Shown: positions 1 through 15,934, counted from the first letter of the stretch. The stretch is 64,000 nucleotides of DNA from Octopus vulgaris (GCA_951406725.2 OX597828.1:22382001-22446000); one strand, 5' to 3'. Made by a program: numbers and translations. Notes: a model not told the origin generated them from the letters alone.

Positions 1-299
1 TGTTAGTGTGTGAATGACCCTGTGTGCTTACGTGTGCGTTATTGACTAACACAATCTTTATTCGAATACAAACATACACATGTGTATGTGTGTAATATTA
101 GTGTGTGTATATGTGTGTGTATGTATGTATGTGTGAGTGTTAATCTTTTGCTCTCTTTAAAGTACCTCTGAAATATTTCGAAAATCTAACATGCCGCAGT
201 GAAAAATGTTAACAAATATTACGATATCAGCGAATGCAAATACTGCAAATATGGACATCTCACGGATACTTACACACCTACATAGAGATTATATACATC

Positions 300-595
300 A
301 ACACAGAATCACACACACACGCACGCACACACGCACACACACACATATGTATGAACATGTGTGTGTGTATATATTTATATGTATGCATATATGTGAATTA
401 TAATTTGTATGTTTGTGTGTGTATATATATATATATATATAAATATGTATATGAATATATATACGTATATATACATATGTATGAATATATACATATGTAT
501 GTATGTATATATATATATGTATATAAATATGTATATGAATATATATGTATATATATATGTGTGTGTGTATATACATATGTATGTATGTATGTATG

Positions 596-682
<87 letters not shown>
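300..682. repeat. Compound microsatellite (CA/TA/TATG/GATA)
   Basis: Directly visible di- and tetranucleotide runs; the ORFs here translate as YI/HT/VC repeats. Confidence 0.95.
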
Positions 683-683
<1 letters not shown>

Positions 684-1252
684 TTAATTACAGTAATGAA
701 GATGATTTTGCAAATATCATGTCTTTCATATTCTTAATACATCAAAGTTGATTATACATGTTAAATTAATATAACGATGGTGAGGTAGAAGAATAGGACG
801 ACGATGACAAAACAGAGTGATGATGATGATGGTGATGATGATCATTATAACGATGATAACTACGACAACGAACAAGATGATAAAGATGATGGTATTGATG
901 CATGGCGTTACAGCTGTTGATAATTTTTTGCTCTGCCAATGGCCGAAGGTTGTGCTGTCATCGTTGATGGAGAGAAGAACGGCAGAGAAACCCCAGATGA
1001 AATGAGTTGCGGGAGGAGGAGAGTCAAGTTGAGGAGGAGAGGAAAGGAAAAAAGAGGAGGTGAAGGGAAGCAATGAAAGAAGGCAAAAAGGAAAGGAAAG
1101 GGAATAAGATTGACAACATTGTAAATTCTAATGATATGATTGATTACGAAGATGATGATGATGATGAAGATGCTGCTGCAGATGTTAGTGGCGGTATTGA
1201 CGGCGGTGACGTTGTTGACAAATATATTAACTCCAATTTCTGCTCACACATA

Positions 1253-1311
<59 letters not shown>

Positions 1312-1329
1312 ACAAACACACACATATGT

Positions 1330-1510
1330 ATATGTATAATTATACATACTTATATATATATATAAAATTATACATACTTATATAGATTTATATATATATA
1401 TATATGTATATTTATACATACTTATATAGATTTATATATATATGTAATTATACATACTTATATAGATATATATATATATGTATGTATAATTATACATACT
1501 GATATATGCT

Positions 1511-1585
<75 letters not shown>
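1330..1585. repeat. Minisatellite of tatacatacttatatag units merging into (TA)n
   Basis: The unit ttatacatact recurs about 5 times with variable TA spacers. Confidence 0.8.
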
Positions 1586-1586
<1 letters not shown>

Positions 1587-2089
1587 TGTGTGTGTGTATG
1601 CGTATGTCTTTATATTATTTGTGGTGTAGTATTAGTATCTGCATTCAAATGATAGTTTTAATAAAAAATACAACAACACTCCCTGACCACATTAAAACAC
1701 TGGAGATGCAACCTAAAACAACACACCTAATACCATTCAATAAGTGGTTTTCCTTTCGTTTTTGTATTCTTTTAAATTTAAAAGCTATCAGTGGTTCTGG
1801 AAAAATTAAAACGTGTTTCTGAATATTAGAGAATATTACAACAGATATTAAACACGATGAGAGGCTGAAAAATAAAACACACACACACACATACACGAAA
1901 AAAAAAAAAATTCAAAAGAAACAACTCCATGGTGGGCGATTTCAAAAATGGAATTTTCAAAGTATAATTTATTCGGCGATAATGCAATGTTATGTTATGG
2001 TGTTAAAATTGATGAAGGAGATTATGGGCTTCTGCTCATCTCTGTTGTTTGTGGTGTTTTCATGCAGGTATGTATGTTCTTGTGTTTTG

Positions 2090-2136
<47 letters not shown>

Positions 2137-2140
<4 letters not shown>

Positions 2141-2246
2141 GTAAGAGTTTAATCGCTACAAATGTTTCGATACATACATATACTCGTATAGACAGGATTT
2201 GAATTTAAATTTAAATGAAATTGTTTAACGATTTACCTGTATAAGA

Positions 2247-2296
<50 letters not shown>

Positions 2297-2928
2297 AAAG
2301 AGTCAAAAGAAAGAGTAAGTACGTTTAGGCACCTAATTATATATATATGTGTGTGTGTGTGTGTATCTTCTCAGGCGGTACTCAGTTGCTCTCTCTATCA
2401 GCAAATTAGATGTCAATGCTTCTTAATTGCTCCTTCTTTGAAACTAAAAAACGCTGACGTTTTCAATACGCACATACCCACACATATATGGAAACACTCA
2501 GTGATGTACGGTATATAGGTGTGTGATTGGATGAGCATGAGCTAATAGATGAATGTATTTTGCGTAATGGTACAGTTTGGCATGTTCACAACAACATGTT
2601 GAAACTGAATAAATAGCGCGCACATTGCAGCTCATGTCGAACGTGATAACACGCTCATACCGAGCGAATTGAAACCGTCAGCGTTTGTTAGTTTGAAAGA
2701 AGAAACCATGAATGTTGTAGCACGGAAATCTAATTTTGCTTAGGGAGACAGCAACTGAGTATCGCCTGAGGAGATACATATAGATCGTATACAGGTAAAT
2801 CGTTAAATAATTTAATTTAAACTTAACTCCCAATCCTGTATATAAGACGATCTGTATGTATCGAAACATTTGTAAGCAATTAAAAAGTTGCCTAACCGTA
2901 CATACTCTTCCTTTTGATTCTTTTGCTT
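2137..2928. mobile_element. Fold-back non-autonomous element with inverted arms, carrying a hammerhead motif
   Basis: 2369-2467 is an imperfect inverted copy of 2668-2771; 2148-2248 of 2785-2882; 2292-2335 of 2885-2928. Embedded in TA repeats. Confidence 0.7.
2760..2880 (+). ncRNA. Hammerhead ribozyme-like motif (type I) with very long stem II
   Basis: tatcgc-CTGAGGA(2766-2772)-gatacatatagatcgt...acgatctgtatgtatc-GAAA(2863-2866)-catttg-TA-agcaat. Stem II is near perfect; stem I is imperfect. Confidence 0.6.
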
Positions 2929-3050
2929 GTTACACTAGGAATACCTAAGACTAGAATTGGTAACACGCCATAAGAACACTACCGGCTATTTGGGAATTCT
3001 AAGTGTGATCGAACTCTATTTGTAATCTTATACGTTCTTAACAACTCAAC

Positions 3051-3093
<43 letters not shown>

Positions 3094-3722
3094 ATGTGTG
3101 TGTGTGTGTGTGTATGTATGTATATGTGTGTGTGTATATGTATGTATGTATATATGTGTGTGTGTATATGTATGTATGTGTGTGTGTATATATATGTATG
3201 TATATGTGTGTGTGTATATATGTATGTATGTGTGTGTGTGTATATATGTATGTATGTGTGTGTGTGTATATATATGTATGTATGTATATATGTATGTATG
3301 TATATATCTATATATATGTATATATGTGTACATATACATATATATGCCCGTACGGAAACAATTACACACGTAAGTTGTTCATCTCTCGGCACTCGGAAAT
3401 CAAATCTGATCTCCTTGCTGGGTGCCTGTTGATGCCGTGGCTATAGAATTTTAATCACAACTGAAAAACCCACAATTCTCAGAATCACTGTGTAGACTTG
3501 TTATTAGATTTTAAAATATGTGAAACTTTGCAGAATTACATATATAATGTGTGATAATGATTCTCCCGTTTATTTGCCTGAGCACCGAGTTGTGAACTTA
3601 TGGTATATATTTATATATATATATATAAGCTTTGGAACGACCCCTTCCATATTCCTATATATACTAAATGTAAGGCATGCGTTCAGACTTCTCTGGATTT
3701 TCTCTATTTCTTCTCAGCTCAA

Positions 3723-3784
<62 letters not shown>

Positions 3785-4057
3785 CATGAATCAATGTCAT
3801 GATAGCTGACTAATTATTATTAGTTAGATCTTCAGACGATTCAAATTATTTCCGGTTAGATGCAAGTTATTGTCGAGGATGAATTGCATTCTTGGACGAG
3901 GTAGGTTTCGAAGGGCGAAAATTTAGAGCTGTATCAATACATTTTATATCTTGTAAATATTACTGTTATACATTTATATATATATATGTGTGTGTTTGTG
4001 ATGTATATATGTATAATTATGTATATATGTATAGGTGCATGCATATATATATATGCG

Positions 4058-4088
<31 letters not shown>

Positions 4089-5473
4089 GCATGCACATAT
4101 ATGTATATGCATATATGTATATATATGTATATATATGTATGTATATGCATATAAATGTATATGCATATATATATATATATGTGTGTGTGTGTTTGTGTAT
4201 GTGAGCGCACAATATTTGGTGAATGGTTAGAATCATTACGCCAGCGGGACATCCTTCTTCTTTCAAGAGTTTCTGAACCAAGCTGCAGTCTGAAACAGCC
4301 AGAAGAACATTTAATGCCTCGTTGTCTTGTTCTGGTCGAACTAGAATCCTTCAATTATTTTAGCGGATGGTATTCTCAAATATGTTATTAATATTGTAGA
4401 ACTATATTTTGCATCCACTTAGTTAACTCTCCCTCCAAATGTGTTACATTTAATTCAGTGATGTTTAAAAAAATGACCCAGAATATTCGATCAATATTGT
4501 ACACACGTATTCATATGTGCATAGATCCATTTTGCCTCTTATATATAGTTGTATTATGATTTAGAGTTATCAGGATCATTTGATTTGGAAGAACGTATTT
4601 GCAGAATTTGTTCCGGATCTTTACATTCCCGATTCAATACTTCCCGAGGTCAACTTCCACTATTCTGGTTCGATAGAAGAAAATATTAGTCGCCTATCTG
4701 TTCTTTCCCCTACTGTCAACATTATTGTTCTTCTGCTAAAATTAGAAATTTCTGTTATTGTTCCAACACTTTACGTTTGGCTTTCAAATCAGGCAAACAT
4801 CTCATTTGAATTTGCCCTTTGAAATATAATACCACTAAAATACCCTGGACGGCTGGATTGTCTAACTCCGCTTTGTGCCTATGGTAGAGAGAAATATTAC
4901 GTGGGTATATAAACATAATTAAACTCTACAGAAGTTAGTAAGTTACTTGGTTAGTTAATTTCGTAGAGAAAATTGATATAAATACATAGATTAAAAGTAG
5001 GAAATAAAATAAAATACAAATACGAGATACGGATTTATAAAAGTAGAAGCAACTATAGAAACAGACGAGAATATAAAAAAAGAACATTAAAAAAAATGAG
5101 TTGCGGTGTAAGTGAATAACGAACTGGATAGACATGCATGAAGAAGTAGAAGAAAACGAGAATGAGAACAAGGGAGGGATGTGTAAGATGAGGGTAATAG
5201 GCGTGGGAGAGACAAGGAGAAGAGAGTTAAACAGGGAAGAAGGTAGAAGTGATGGAAGATGAAATGAGGTATACAATAAGGTAGGATGTTTCAAATATAA
5301 ATTCTTGTAAGCCATTTCTTGTAAGACATTCTATTAGAGTCGGATTATTATTTAAATAAAACATTCTCCTCATATAAGAGCAGAAAGGAAGAATGATTGC
5401 TTGTGTGTGACAAGTAGAAAATAGACATACATGTATAAAATGTGTATGTCAAAAGTACACAAACACACACATA

Positions 5474-5536
<63 letters not shown>

Positions 5537-5696
5537 TAAGAAAATATATATATATATATACACACACATATGCCTTCATTCAAATGCACATGCTTAGAGA
5601 GATATATAGATAGCGAAACAGGTGGAGAGAGAGACGAAGTTTAAGTGAAGAGTGTATATGAATACGCCTACATATTTAAATACGATTTATATGCAG

Positions 5697-5727
<31 letters not shown>

Positions 5728-6950
5728 GACAGACTGGCAGGCATACAGGAATGCTTATTTAGATTTATAGTTTATTTCTGTAACCAAGTACATGTGGTGT
5801 CACATATAAGCAAACAGAAACTCATACACACTCTCGCACACGAATGTACAATACAAAGAAATAAATTCATCATATTTATTCATAGTCTAAACTAATAATC
5901 TGCTAATCTCTCTTCCCTTTCTTCCCCTCGCTTTGTCTCTCTCACACTCTCTTTCTCTCTCCTATCCTTATCCTCTCTCTGACTCTGTCTGTCTCATTTG
6001 TATCTGTAAGCCTTTTTCTTTGCATATTTGTTAGATATAAAAGACAGTTTTCTAGAAAATAAATAAATATTCGTCACAGGAATCTTTATAACAACTCTAA
6101 TAAGATTTACGCTTTTAACTTTTGAAAACTGTTACATATTTTAACTGCTCCACTTACAAATTGTAATTGTGAACTGAGTGTTAGCAGAACTCCTTCTAAC
6201 GTTGGGAATGATAGCTTTAGCAGAACATCTGTTAAACATATTATAGTATAACCAAATATACGGATATTCGCTTCTGTTAATATCAGTTTTTAAACAAGGT
6301 AGATGAATTGCAGATTCCAATGCAGTTATCCCTAAATGTTCACCTTCTTGATAAGTTTCGAACAGATATTTAAGTCTGAGAAGCAGCTGACTATGTTTAT
6401 GTATGTATGTCTCTCTGCACATATGTATCTGTTTGTTGGTAACTCAGGCTATGATTAACTCAACGTTTACAACAACCACATATTGCTCTCAAAAATGGCA
6501 TTCTAATGTGCCTGACATTACCCATTAATTGATATGTCAAATATTGCTTCTCGTTCTCTCTCTCTCTCTTACTTACACATACACAGTAAATAAAACAAAT
6601 ATAAAATAGGAATTAAGCCGTAGTAGGGGCATTAATAATTCGGAATCTCTCTGGTTCTTAGTAATTATTTAGAACTGCAAGAATGGATCTAATATGATAT
6701 ATTTGTCAAAGATTAGCCAAAAAATTGCTACCAAAAATTTTCATAAATGCGACAAAGAGAGAAAGAGAGAGAGAGACAGACCGAAAGTGACAGGGAAAGA
6801 AAGAGCGAGAGAGAAAATTAAAGATAGATGTACAAAGAGAGGTGGAAATACAAAGCGAGTGTGAAATGTGAAAAGGAAGTTCGAAAGAGAGAAGAAAGAG
6901 ACAGTAAGTTCACAAGGGGATTCAATCAGAAGCTTTCTTGAATTCTAGCC

Positions 6951-7133
6951 ATGGATGCCTATAGAGCAAGACTCGTCACTTCTGCAACTGTCATCCAAAA
7001 GAAATATCGAAAGATGGCCAAAATATCTCCTGAGAAAATGAGAAGCATTGAAAAGTGTTTTTGTAAATTTCATAAAAACATGACAAAAGATATGGAAAAG
7101 TATTTGATTGATCAACATACAGGATTTGATTGA
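6951..7133 (+). CDS. Candidate 60-aa micro-ORF or exon with an IQ-like motif
   Basis: Non-repetitive [32 protein letters not shown]...; gccATGg Kozak context; preceded by ttcttgaattctag (acceptor-like); gtatgt donor-like site at about 7199. No homologue recognised. Confidence 0.3.
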   Translation: MDAYRARLVTSATVIQKKYRKMAKISPEKMRSIEKCFCKFHKNMTKDMEKYLIDQHTGFD

Positions 7134-7289
7134 TAGAAATGTACATAAACCCAATGATTGAAGTCTAAGGTTCGTGCCCCAGCTCGGAGTTAAGCATGGT
7201 ATGTGATGGGTGAAATATTTCTGAGAGTAGAGACATATAAACATGCAAACACGCATACATACACAAACGCATACACAGACGCACACACA

Positions 7290-7874
<585 letters not shown>

Positions 7875-8286
7875 GTGCGTGCGGGTGTGTAGTCGCAGTG
7901 ACGGAGAGAGAGTGTGTGAGTGACATAGACAGACAGAAACAGAGATAGAGAGATATGATGTTTGTACGTGTTTTTATGTGGGACTATGTGTTGGTACGCG
8001 CGTATGCATATGTGGTGCTGTACATATATTTGTCTATTAATGTTTTTATTTGTTTTATTTTGTTAGTATATCTAAATTTTACAGTAATCTGTTAAGAAGA
8101 GATACAAATTTGATGTTTATTGTATATACGTATATATATTTATATAGTTGTATTCTTTTTTTAGGGAAAACATATAGAAAGACAAGGGAAGCTTATTTCC
8201 AGGGAATAATCCGAAATAAGTATACTATTCAAAGCAAAACCAAAATAAATAGGAAGGAGACATCACACACACAAATACAGAGAAGA

Positions 8287-8321
<35 letters not shown>

Positions 8322-8566
8322 TGCGTGTGTATGTATGTATATATATATATATGTATGTGTGTATACACACAAACACACACACACACACATATATATATGT
8401 ATATGCATACATGCTTATCAATACATACATGCATATGCGTGCATGTATGTAGGGATGTGCGTATGTATTTTTATGACTTGGAAACTTATATAACAAAATA
8501 TTTCAAAAGTTGCTCTAGCGTTTGGTGTACCACTAGAATTGCATCTTATATACAATAAGAATCTTC

Positions 8567-8644
<78 letters not shown>

Positions 8645-8650
<6 letters not shown>

Positions 8651-10290
8651 AATTATGGAAAACAATTAAATTTTGGAAAAATTAAAAGAAAAGTATTTTA
8701 AAAGAATATTTGCATAGCATTCAAATACAAGGGGTATTTTCCTTGTTTCGGCCTGTCGCTCTATCTTATTTACTCTTTTGGGTTCCAGGTCGTTTTGAAT
8801 TCTTGCCAGAGAAGTAGTAAAAGAAGAAGAAGAAGAAAAGAATGCGGGAGTGGTGTGATATTAGTAGGATGTTAAGTGGTTAAGTGCCCTGAAAGTGACT
8901 TGTTATGGATGGTAGTAGTGATTGAATTCTTGAGATATCTCTTTTGAATGAATTGTTTTTAATATTTACCGGGGTGTTATTCTAAGTAGCAGTAGTAGTA
9001 AATTAAGGAAGGAGGTGGCGAAGAAAGGAGGAGGAGAAGAAGAAAACGAAGAAGAAGAAGAAGAAGAAGAAGAAGAAGAAGAAGAAGAAGAAGAAGAAGA
9101 AGAAGCGGCGGAGGATGAGTTCGAGGAGAAAGAATACAAATAAAAGAATGCGGGAGTGGTATGACAGTAGCAGAATGAAAAATGGTCAAGTGACCTAAAA
9201 GTGGTTCGTTGTGGGTTATAGTAGTGAGTGGGAATGTTTTTAATGAATTCTTGGTATATCTTTTGAATGTATCATTTTTAATAATTCCGTGTGTGCTATT
9301 CTAAGGGTGTGGTGGATATGTAATTTGTTGTAGATGTATTCAAAAGAGGACTGTATTTTGTGATAAAGAACAACTCTTTACTAATTCGTTGGCTACAAGT
9401 TGTATCGTGCCTGTATTGATAGAGGGAGAAAATTCTGAAGCTAGGATTTTTGCTATTGGCGCAAATGTCGATTAGTTGGTTGAATGTTATTTTTCTGTTT
9501 TTCGGAATTTCCTGTGAGATCTGTGCAGAGCCATCGTTTGACGTAGACTGGCCCATGTATTTCTCTTGACACCCAGAGCAGGTTAGTGCTTATATAAGGT
9601 TCTCCGAAGCACATGTGATGCTGCTTTTCACTGTGTGACGTTGTCCCTGTTTGAAGGAGAACTCTAATCCCTCAATTAAATTGACACATGCCACACGTTG
9701 GGTCTTCCGCAGTTTTTTAATGACGGCTTCAGTGTTGTTGGGCGTATTCGGGCATTTGTTAGGAGACTTTTCATAGATTTGGGCTGTCTTATGCTCTTTA
9801 TGATGGTGTGTGTTTGGAGGATGAAGTTCATTCTGGGGTCCTTCTTAGCAGGGTAATGTTTTGAAGGATGGTGTCGAAGGCTTTATTGTTAAGAGGGTTG
9901 TGTGTGAAGATGTATGGTAGGGTTTTTGATTGTAAATCCTTTATTAATTTGGGATGTCTGAGGTCGTGGATGTTGAGCTGTAGGGCGCCTTGAAAGCATA
10001 TGTCAATTAGTGAAGGTGGGTAATTCTTGGTGATGGGTGTATCCTTTAGTTCATGTAGCCGTGTGTGCCCTGGTGCTTACATTAGAGAGAAAGAGACAGG
10101 CAGAAACAAGGAAAATGCCCCTTGTATTTGAATACTATGCAAATATTCTTTTACAAAACTTTTTATTTCAATTTTCGAAAATTTAATTGGTTTCCTTACT
10201 TAGAGCTGAAGAAGTCTTAATGACTGAAACCGGTACTGAAATGCTTTTTATGATAAAATTATTTCAGCATTTTCTACCTTCACTTTTTTC
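8645..10290 (-). mobile_element. Penelope-like element (PLE) remnant: C-terminal ORF with GIY-YIG endonuclease, duplicated 3' UTR and inverted terminal repeat
   Basis: Minus strand reads TLPYIFTHNP...IIKSIRQPKSMKSLLTNAR...ITCASENLI*ALTCSGCQEKYMGQST...RISKELFFITKYSPLLN, with stops and frameshifts. 8657-8765 is an inverted copy of 10085-10196. 8817-8985 and 9142-9305 are diverged direct copies. Confidence 0.85.
10200..10241 (+). ncRNA. Minimal hammerhead ribozyme motif in the PLE terminal repeat
   Basis: gag-CTGAAGA(10206-10212)-agtc-ttaat-gact-GAAA-ccgg-TA-ct. Palindromic stem III ACCGGT; stem I decayed. Hammerheads in PLE pseudo-LTRs are established. Confidence 0.65.
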
Positions 10291-10406
10291 CTTATATATA
10301 TATATATTTGGTTTTTTTATGTGGTTTGCAAGATTCTTGATGTGAATTTGTGTCTAGGAAGAGGCATTCTCTTTTAGTGCCTTATTACCTTCTCCAGACA
10401 CAATCA

Positions 10407-12043
<1,637 letters not shown>

Positions 12044-12129
12044 CAATTTAATATATGTATATTTATACTATAAAATTAGATTTAATCCTAAATCTAATTT
12101 TTCCCTGTAAGTTTGGATTTACTCCCTAA

Positions 12130-12193
<64 letters not shown>

Positions 12194-12337
12194 GTATATA
12201 TATATATATATATATAATAGTAAAAAGTGAAAAAACTACAGAAGGCTTGTTTTAAAAGGTTAAAAAATATATATTTGAGTCAATATGTCTGAAGAATGTT
12301 ATAATTTTTTTTCATACAATGACATAGTTTAGAAGAA

Positions 12338-12372
<35 letters not shown>

Positions 12373-12688
12373 ATTTGCATATAAGCGTGGAACGTAGATC
12401 GGCACGAGCTGAAATATTTAAATGTTATCCAAGTGTCTTCTGTTCTATTAATAATAAACACTGCTTTACCCAGTATAGCAACGCATCGCCTGATATGTTA
12501 CGATACGTTTCTTTTTTTTGCGATTTAGAGATTCAGAATTTGGTAAATAAAATATTTACTAAATTCTGAGAAAGCTTTAGGTTGTGTTTTGTTACGAAGC
12601 AGACTAAAGTAAACCGGAAAATCACGTCTAGCAATCGAGCAGTGATTTCATGAATGTTTTTTAAACAGCTTAGATTCATCCTTCTACC

Positions 12689-12970
12689 GAGCACGTTCTA
12701 GTGGTTAAGATATTCGACACCCTACCGTAAGAACGTGAGTTCGATTCATGGCAACGCGTTGTGTCATTCAGCAAAGACCGCTACTTCTCGATGGTCCAGC
12801 CCATTCAACTGGCAAAAATCAGTATTTAAAAACCCAAGCTCTGTCACGCCTAGCTCAATCTCCCTGAAAATTACGTTGAATGTATACGTTTTTGAAGAGT
12901 ACTCGGCGACTGTGCCGTTACTGTTAGTAACAGACTGTTCATTTGATTATATTAACAGGAACACTCATCC
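12689..12970 (+). mobile_element. Old tRNA-derived SINE, D-type body with C-type tail
   Basis: A-box-like tagtggttaag and B-box gagttcgatt; body resembles 61825-61890; tail resembles 46250-46380. Confidence 0.55.
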
Positions 12971-13005
12971 AGTTCTATATTTAAAAGATGAGAAATTTTT
13001 TGACA

Positions 13006-13017
13006 TTGTTGTTGTTG

Positions 13018-13070
<53 letters not shown>

Positions 13071-13166
13071 AGCCTGCGCTCTTAACTACGCCATATGCCC
13101 GTGGGCGTAATGGTTAAGAGCGCGGGATACTAATCCCAAGATTCCGAGTTCGATTCCAGTCAGTGA

Positions 13167-13214
<48 letters not shown>

Positions 13215-13617
13215 CAACATCGAAAAATACCTTAAGAATGAGAACCCAGGTTCGAAATTTTCTCAAGACGCCTGATGAAAGCTGGAGGGTATATCAACCG
13301 AAAGGTGGTGAGCTGGCAGAAATGTTAGCATGCCAGGCGAAATGCTTAGCGGTATTTCGTCTGTCTTTACGTTCTGAGTTCAAATTCCGCCGAGGTCGAC
13401 TTTGCCTTTCATCCTTTCGGGGTCGATAAGTTAAGTACCAGTTATGCACTGGGGTCGATGTAATTGACTTAATACCTATGTCTGTCTTTGTTTGTCCCCT
13501 CTATGTTTAGTCCCTTGTGGGTAATAAAGAAATAGGTATATCAACCGAAACGTTGTGTTAACAAACGAGATGAGGAAAAATATCCGTCAAATGTAAATAA
13601 TGTGAATAATGTAAATA
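13006..13617 (+). mobile_element. tRNA-headed element with (AAT)n linker and hammerhead tail, plus an inverted partial head; interrupted by SINE A
   Basis: Head ggcgtaatggttaagagcgcggg...gagttcgattcc (13104-13157); (AAT)n(AAC)n; CTGATGA at 13272-13278; after removing the SINE the sequence reads ...caacc-GAAA-cgtt-gtgtt; 3' (aatgtaaat) repeats. 13006-13094 is an inverted, deleted copy of the head and linker. Confidence 0.7.
13304..13534 (+). mobile_element. SINE family A, full monomer with target-site duplication
   Basis: ggtggtgagctggcagaa...gagttcaaattcc B box...gcctttcatcctttcggggtcgat; direct repeat ggtatatcaaccgaaa at 13288-13303 and 13535-13550. Confidence 0.9.
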
Positions 13618-14253
13618 AGAAACACACGTCGTCGAAACCGACGGAGTGCCAGACCAGATTAACACACATGTAGAAGTCTTTTTTAATGTGTCTTTTTATC
13701 AGCGAAGTCTCTTTGAAAATTTTCTCTGGGGAAAATCTAACTGGCACAGCTTTTCCACGATTGTATACATAAATTAAAATGTCTATAAATACTGGTTTTC
13801 TGATCGACGCTCGTTTCAAGACTGTATATTGATACATAGATACAAATGCGCACATACTTACACACATACGCGCGCACACACACCGACAGAGAGAGCAGAG
13901 GCACAACACACAAACAGACATAAAGGCACACACACGCATACATTATGTATATGCTTATATGTTAGTTTGCATGTATGTTCGCGGGTTTTCCTTGTGCGTA
14001 GATTTTGAAATGGGTTCTCTTTCAACATAATTGGTCTGATATTGTTTTTATTAAGTATTTCGGAACGATAACATCCCAAAGGGAATATTAAAGGTCAACC
14101 AGCAAACATGAGAAACCCTTATTTAAAAGAATGACTAAACTGCAATTTAGCATATAATACATTCACGTATAAATCTAGGTTTACGTAAATATAAACATAA
14201 AAACATACATATACATACATATGCGCACACACACACACAGACATATACAAATG

Positions 14254-14304
<51 letters not shown>

Positions 14305-14314
14305 CAATATATAC

Positions 14315-14383
<69 letters not shown>

Positions 14384-14386
<3 letters not shown>

Positions 14387-14765
14387 TCTTCTACTCTGTT
14401 ACTTGTTTCATTCATTTGACTGCGGCCATGCTGGAACACCGCCTTAGTCGAGCTAATCGACCCCAGGACTTATTCTTTGTAAGCCTAGTACTTATTCTAT
14501 CGGTCTCTTTTGCCAACCGCTCAATTACGGGGTCGTAAACACAACAGCAACTGTTGTCAAGTGATGTTGAGGGGGAGGGGGACAAACACAGACACTCAAA
14601 CACACACACACAGATATTTACATTTAAGTTTCCGTCTACCAAAACCACTCACAAGGCTTTGGCCAGACCGAAGATATATTAGAAGACACTTGCCCAAGAT
14701 GCCACGCAGAGGGACTGATCCCGGAACCATGTGGCTGGTTAAGCAAGCTACTTATCACACAGCCA

Positions 14766-14769
<4 letters not shown>
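14384..14769 (-). mobile_element. SINE family B (tRNA head, CORE-like ccttgggcaagt, internal CA/TA microsatellite)
   Basis: Colinear with the copies at 48402 and 52576. Confidence 0.88.
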
Positions 14770-14843
<74 letters not shown>

Positions 14844-15713
14844 TGTGTGTGAGTGTGTGTGTATGTATAAATATATACACGTATAGATGAATGTATGCAT
14901 GCAGGTATGCATGTATGCATATTTGTGTGTCAGTTTATGCTTGCATACGTATTTGTATATAAACATTTAATCAAAGCAGCCTATACACACACACACATAC
15001 ATAAACGTACGCATATGTGTGTGTCTATGTACATATGATTATATATATATAGGTATGTATATAACTATGTGAATGTGTGTCGTTGTAAGTAGGTCTCTGT
15101 GTTATATATTTACCTCCGAGACTAGGGGAAGTTATGCCCCTTTATTTCACATACTTCATTTACACTAATTCAACAAACACGCGCAAATAAGACAGTTACA
15201 ATACACAAATAAATATTCTTACATATACATGAAAACTAAAAACACGCCCTTCAATACACCACACAAACATTGCCATAAACGTACAGCAATAACTAAATCC
15301 AGCAGAAGTAATAAAACGATAAAAGAATAAAAGAATGAAGGAATATGAAGTGATAAACGAATACACATAAAAACACACACTTAGCGCTTGTTATATATGC
15401 GAATGTGATACGATATCATTTTGAAAGCAAACTAAGGGAACTATGCTAAAGTTTAAATCATATTGTTGCCATAGTTAGTATTTTCTACAGACGTTTATTG
15501 AAATAGAATATAGTTGACAGCTGAAGATAACATTATTTGTGGGTAGTCCTCATCAGGTTTCTGAGATTGCAGCGTTATAAATCCCTAAAATGGCCACCTA
15601 TTACATATGACTTTCGAAAAATAGCTACTCTTCTATACTATATACTAAACATACATACACAGTACATCAATCCAACTTCACAAGCGCACATACAAGAGCA
15701 CACACACACAGTT

Positions 15714-15762
<49 letters not shown>

Positions 15763-15774
15763 CATAGACCCACA

Positions 15775-15824
<50 letters not shown>

Positions 15825-15888
15825 CATCTATAAGTATATCTATATATGTATGTATATACATATATGTATGTATATATCAATCTATCTA

Positions 15889-15934
<46 letters not shown>

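Noticed and set aside
1948-2073. Signal-peptide-like plus-strand exon ending cag|gtatgt
   Set aside because: Two frames are equally plausible and there is no support beyond a donor-like site.
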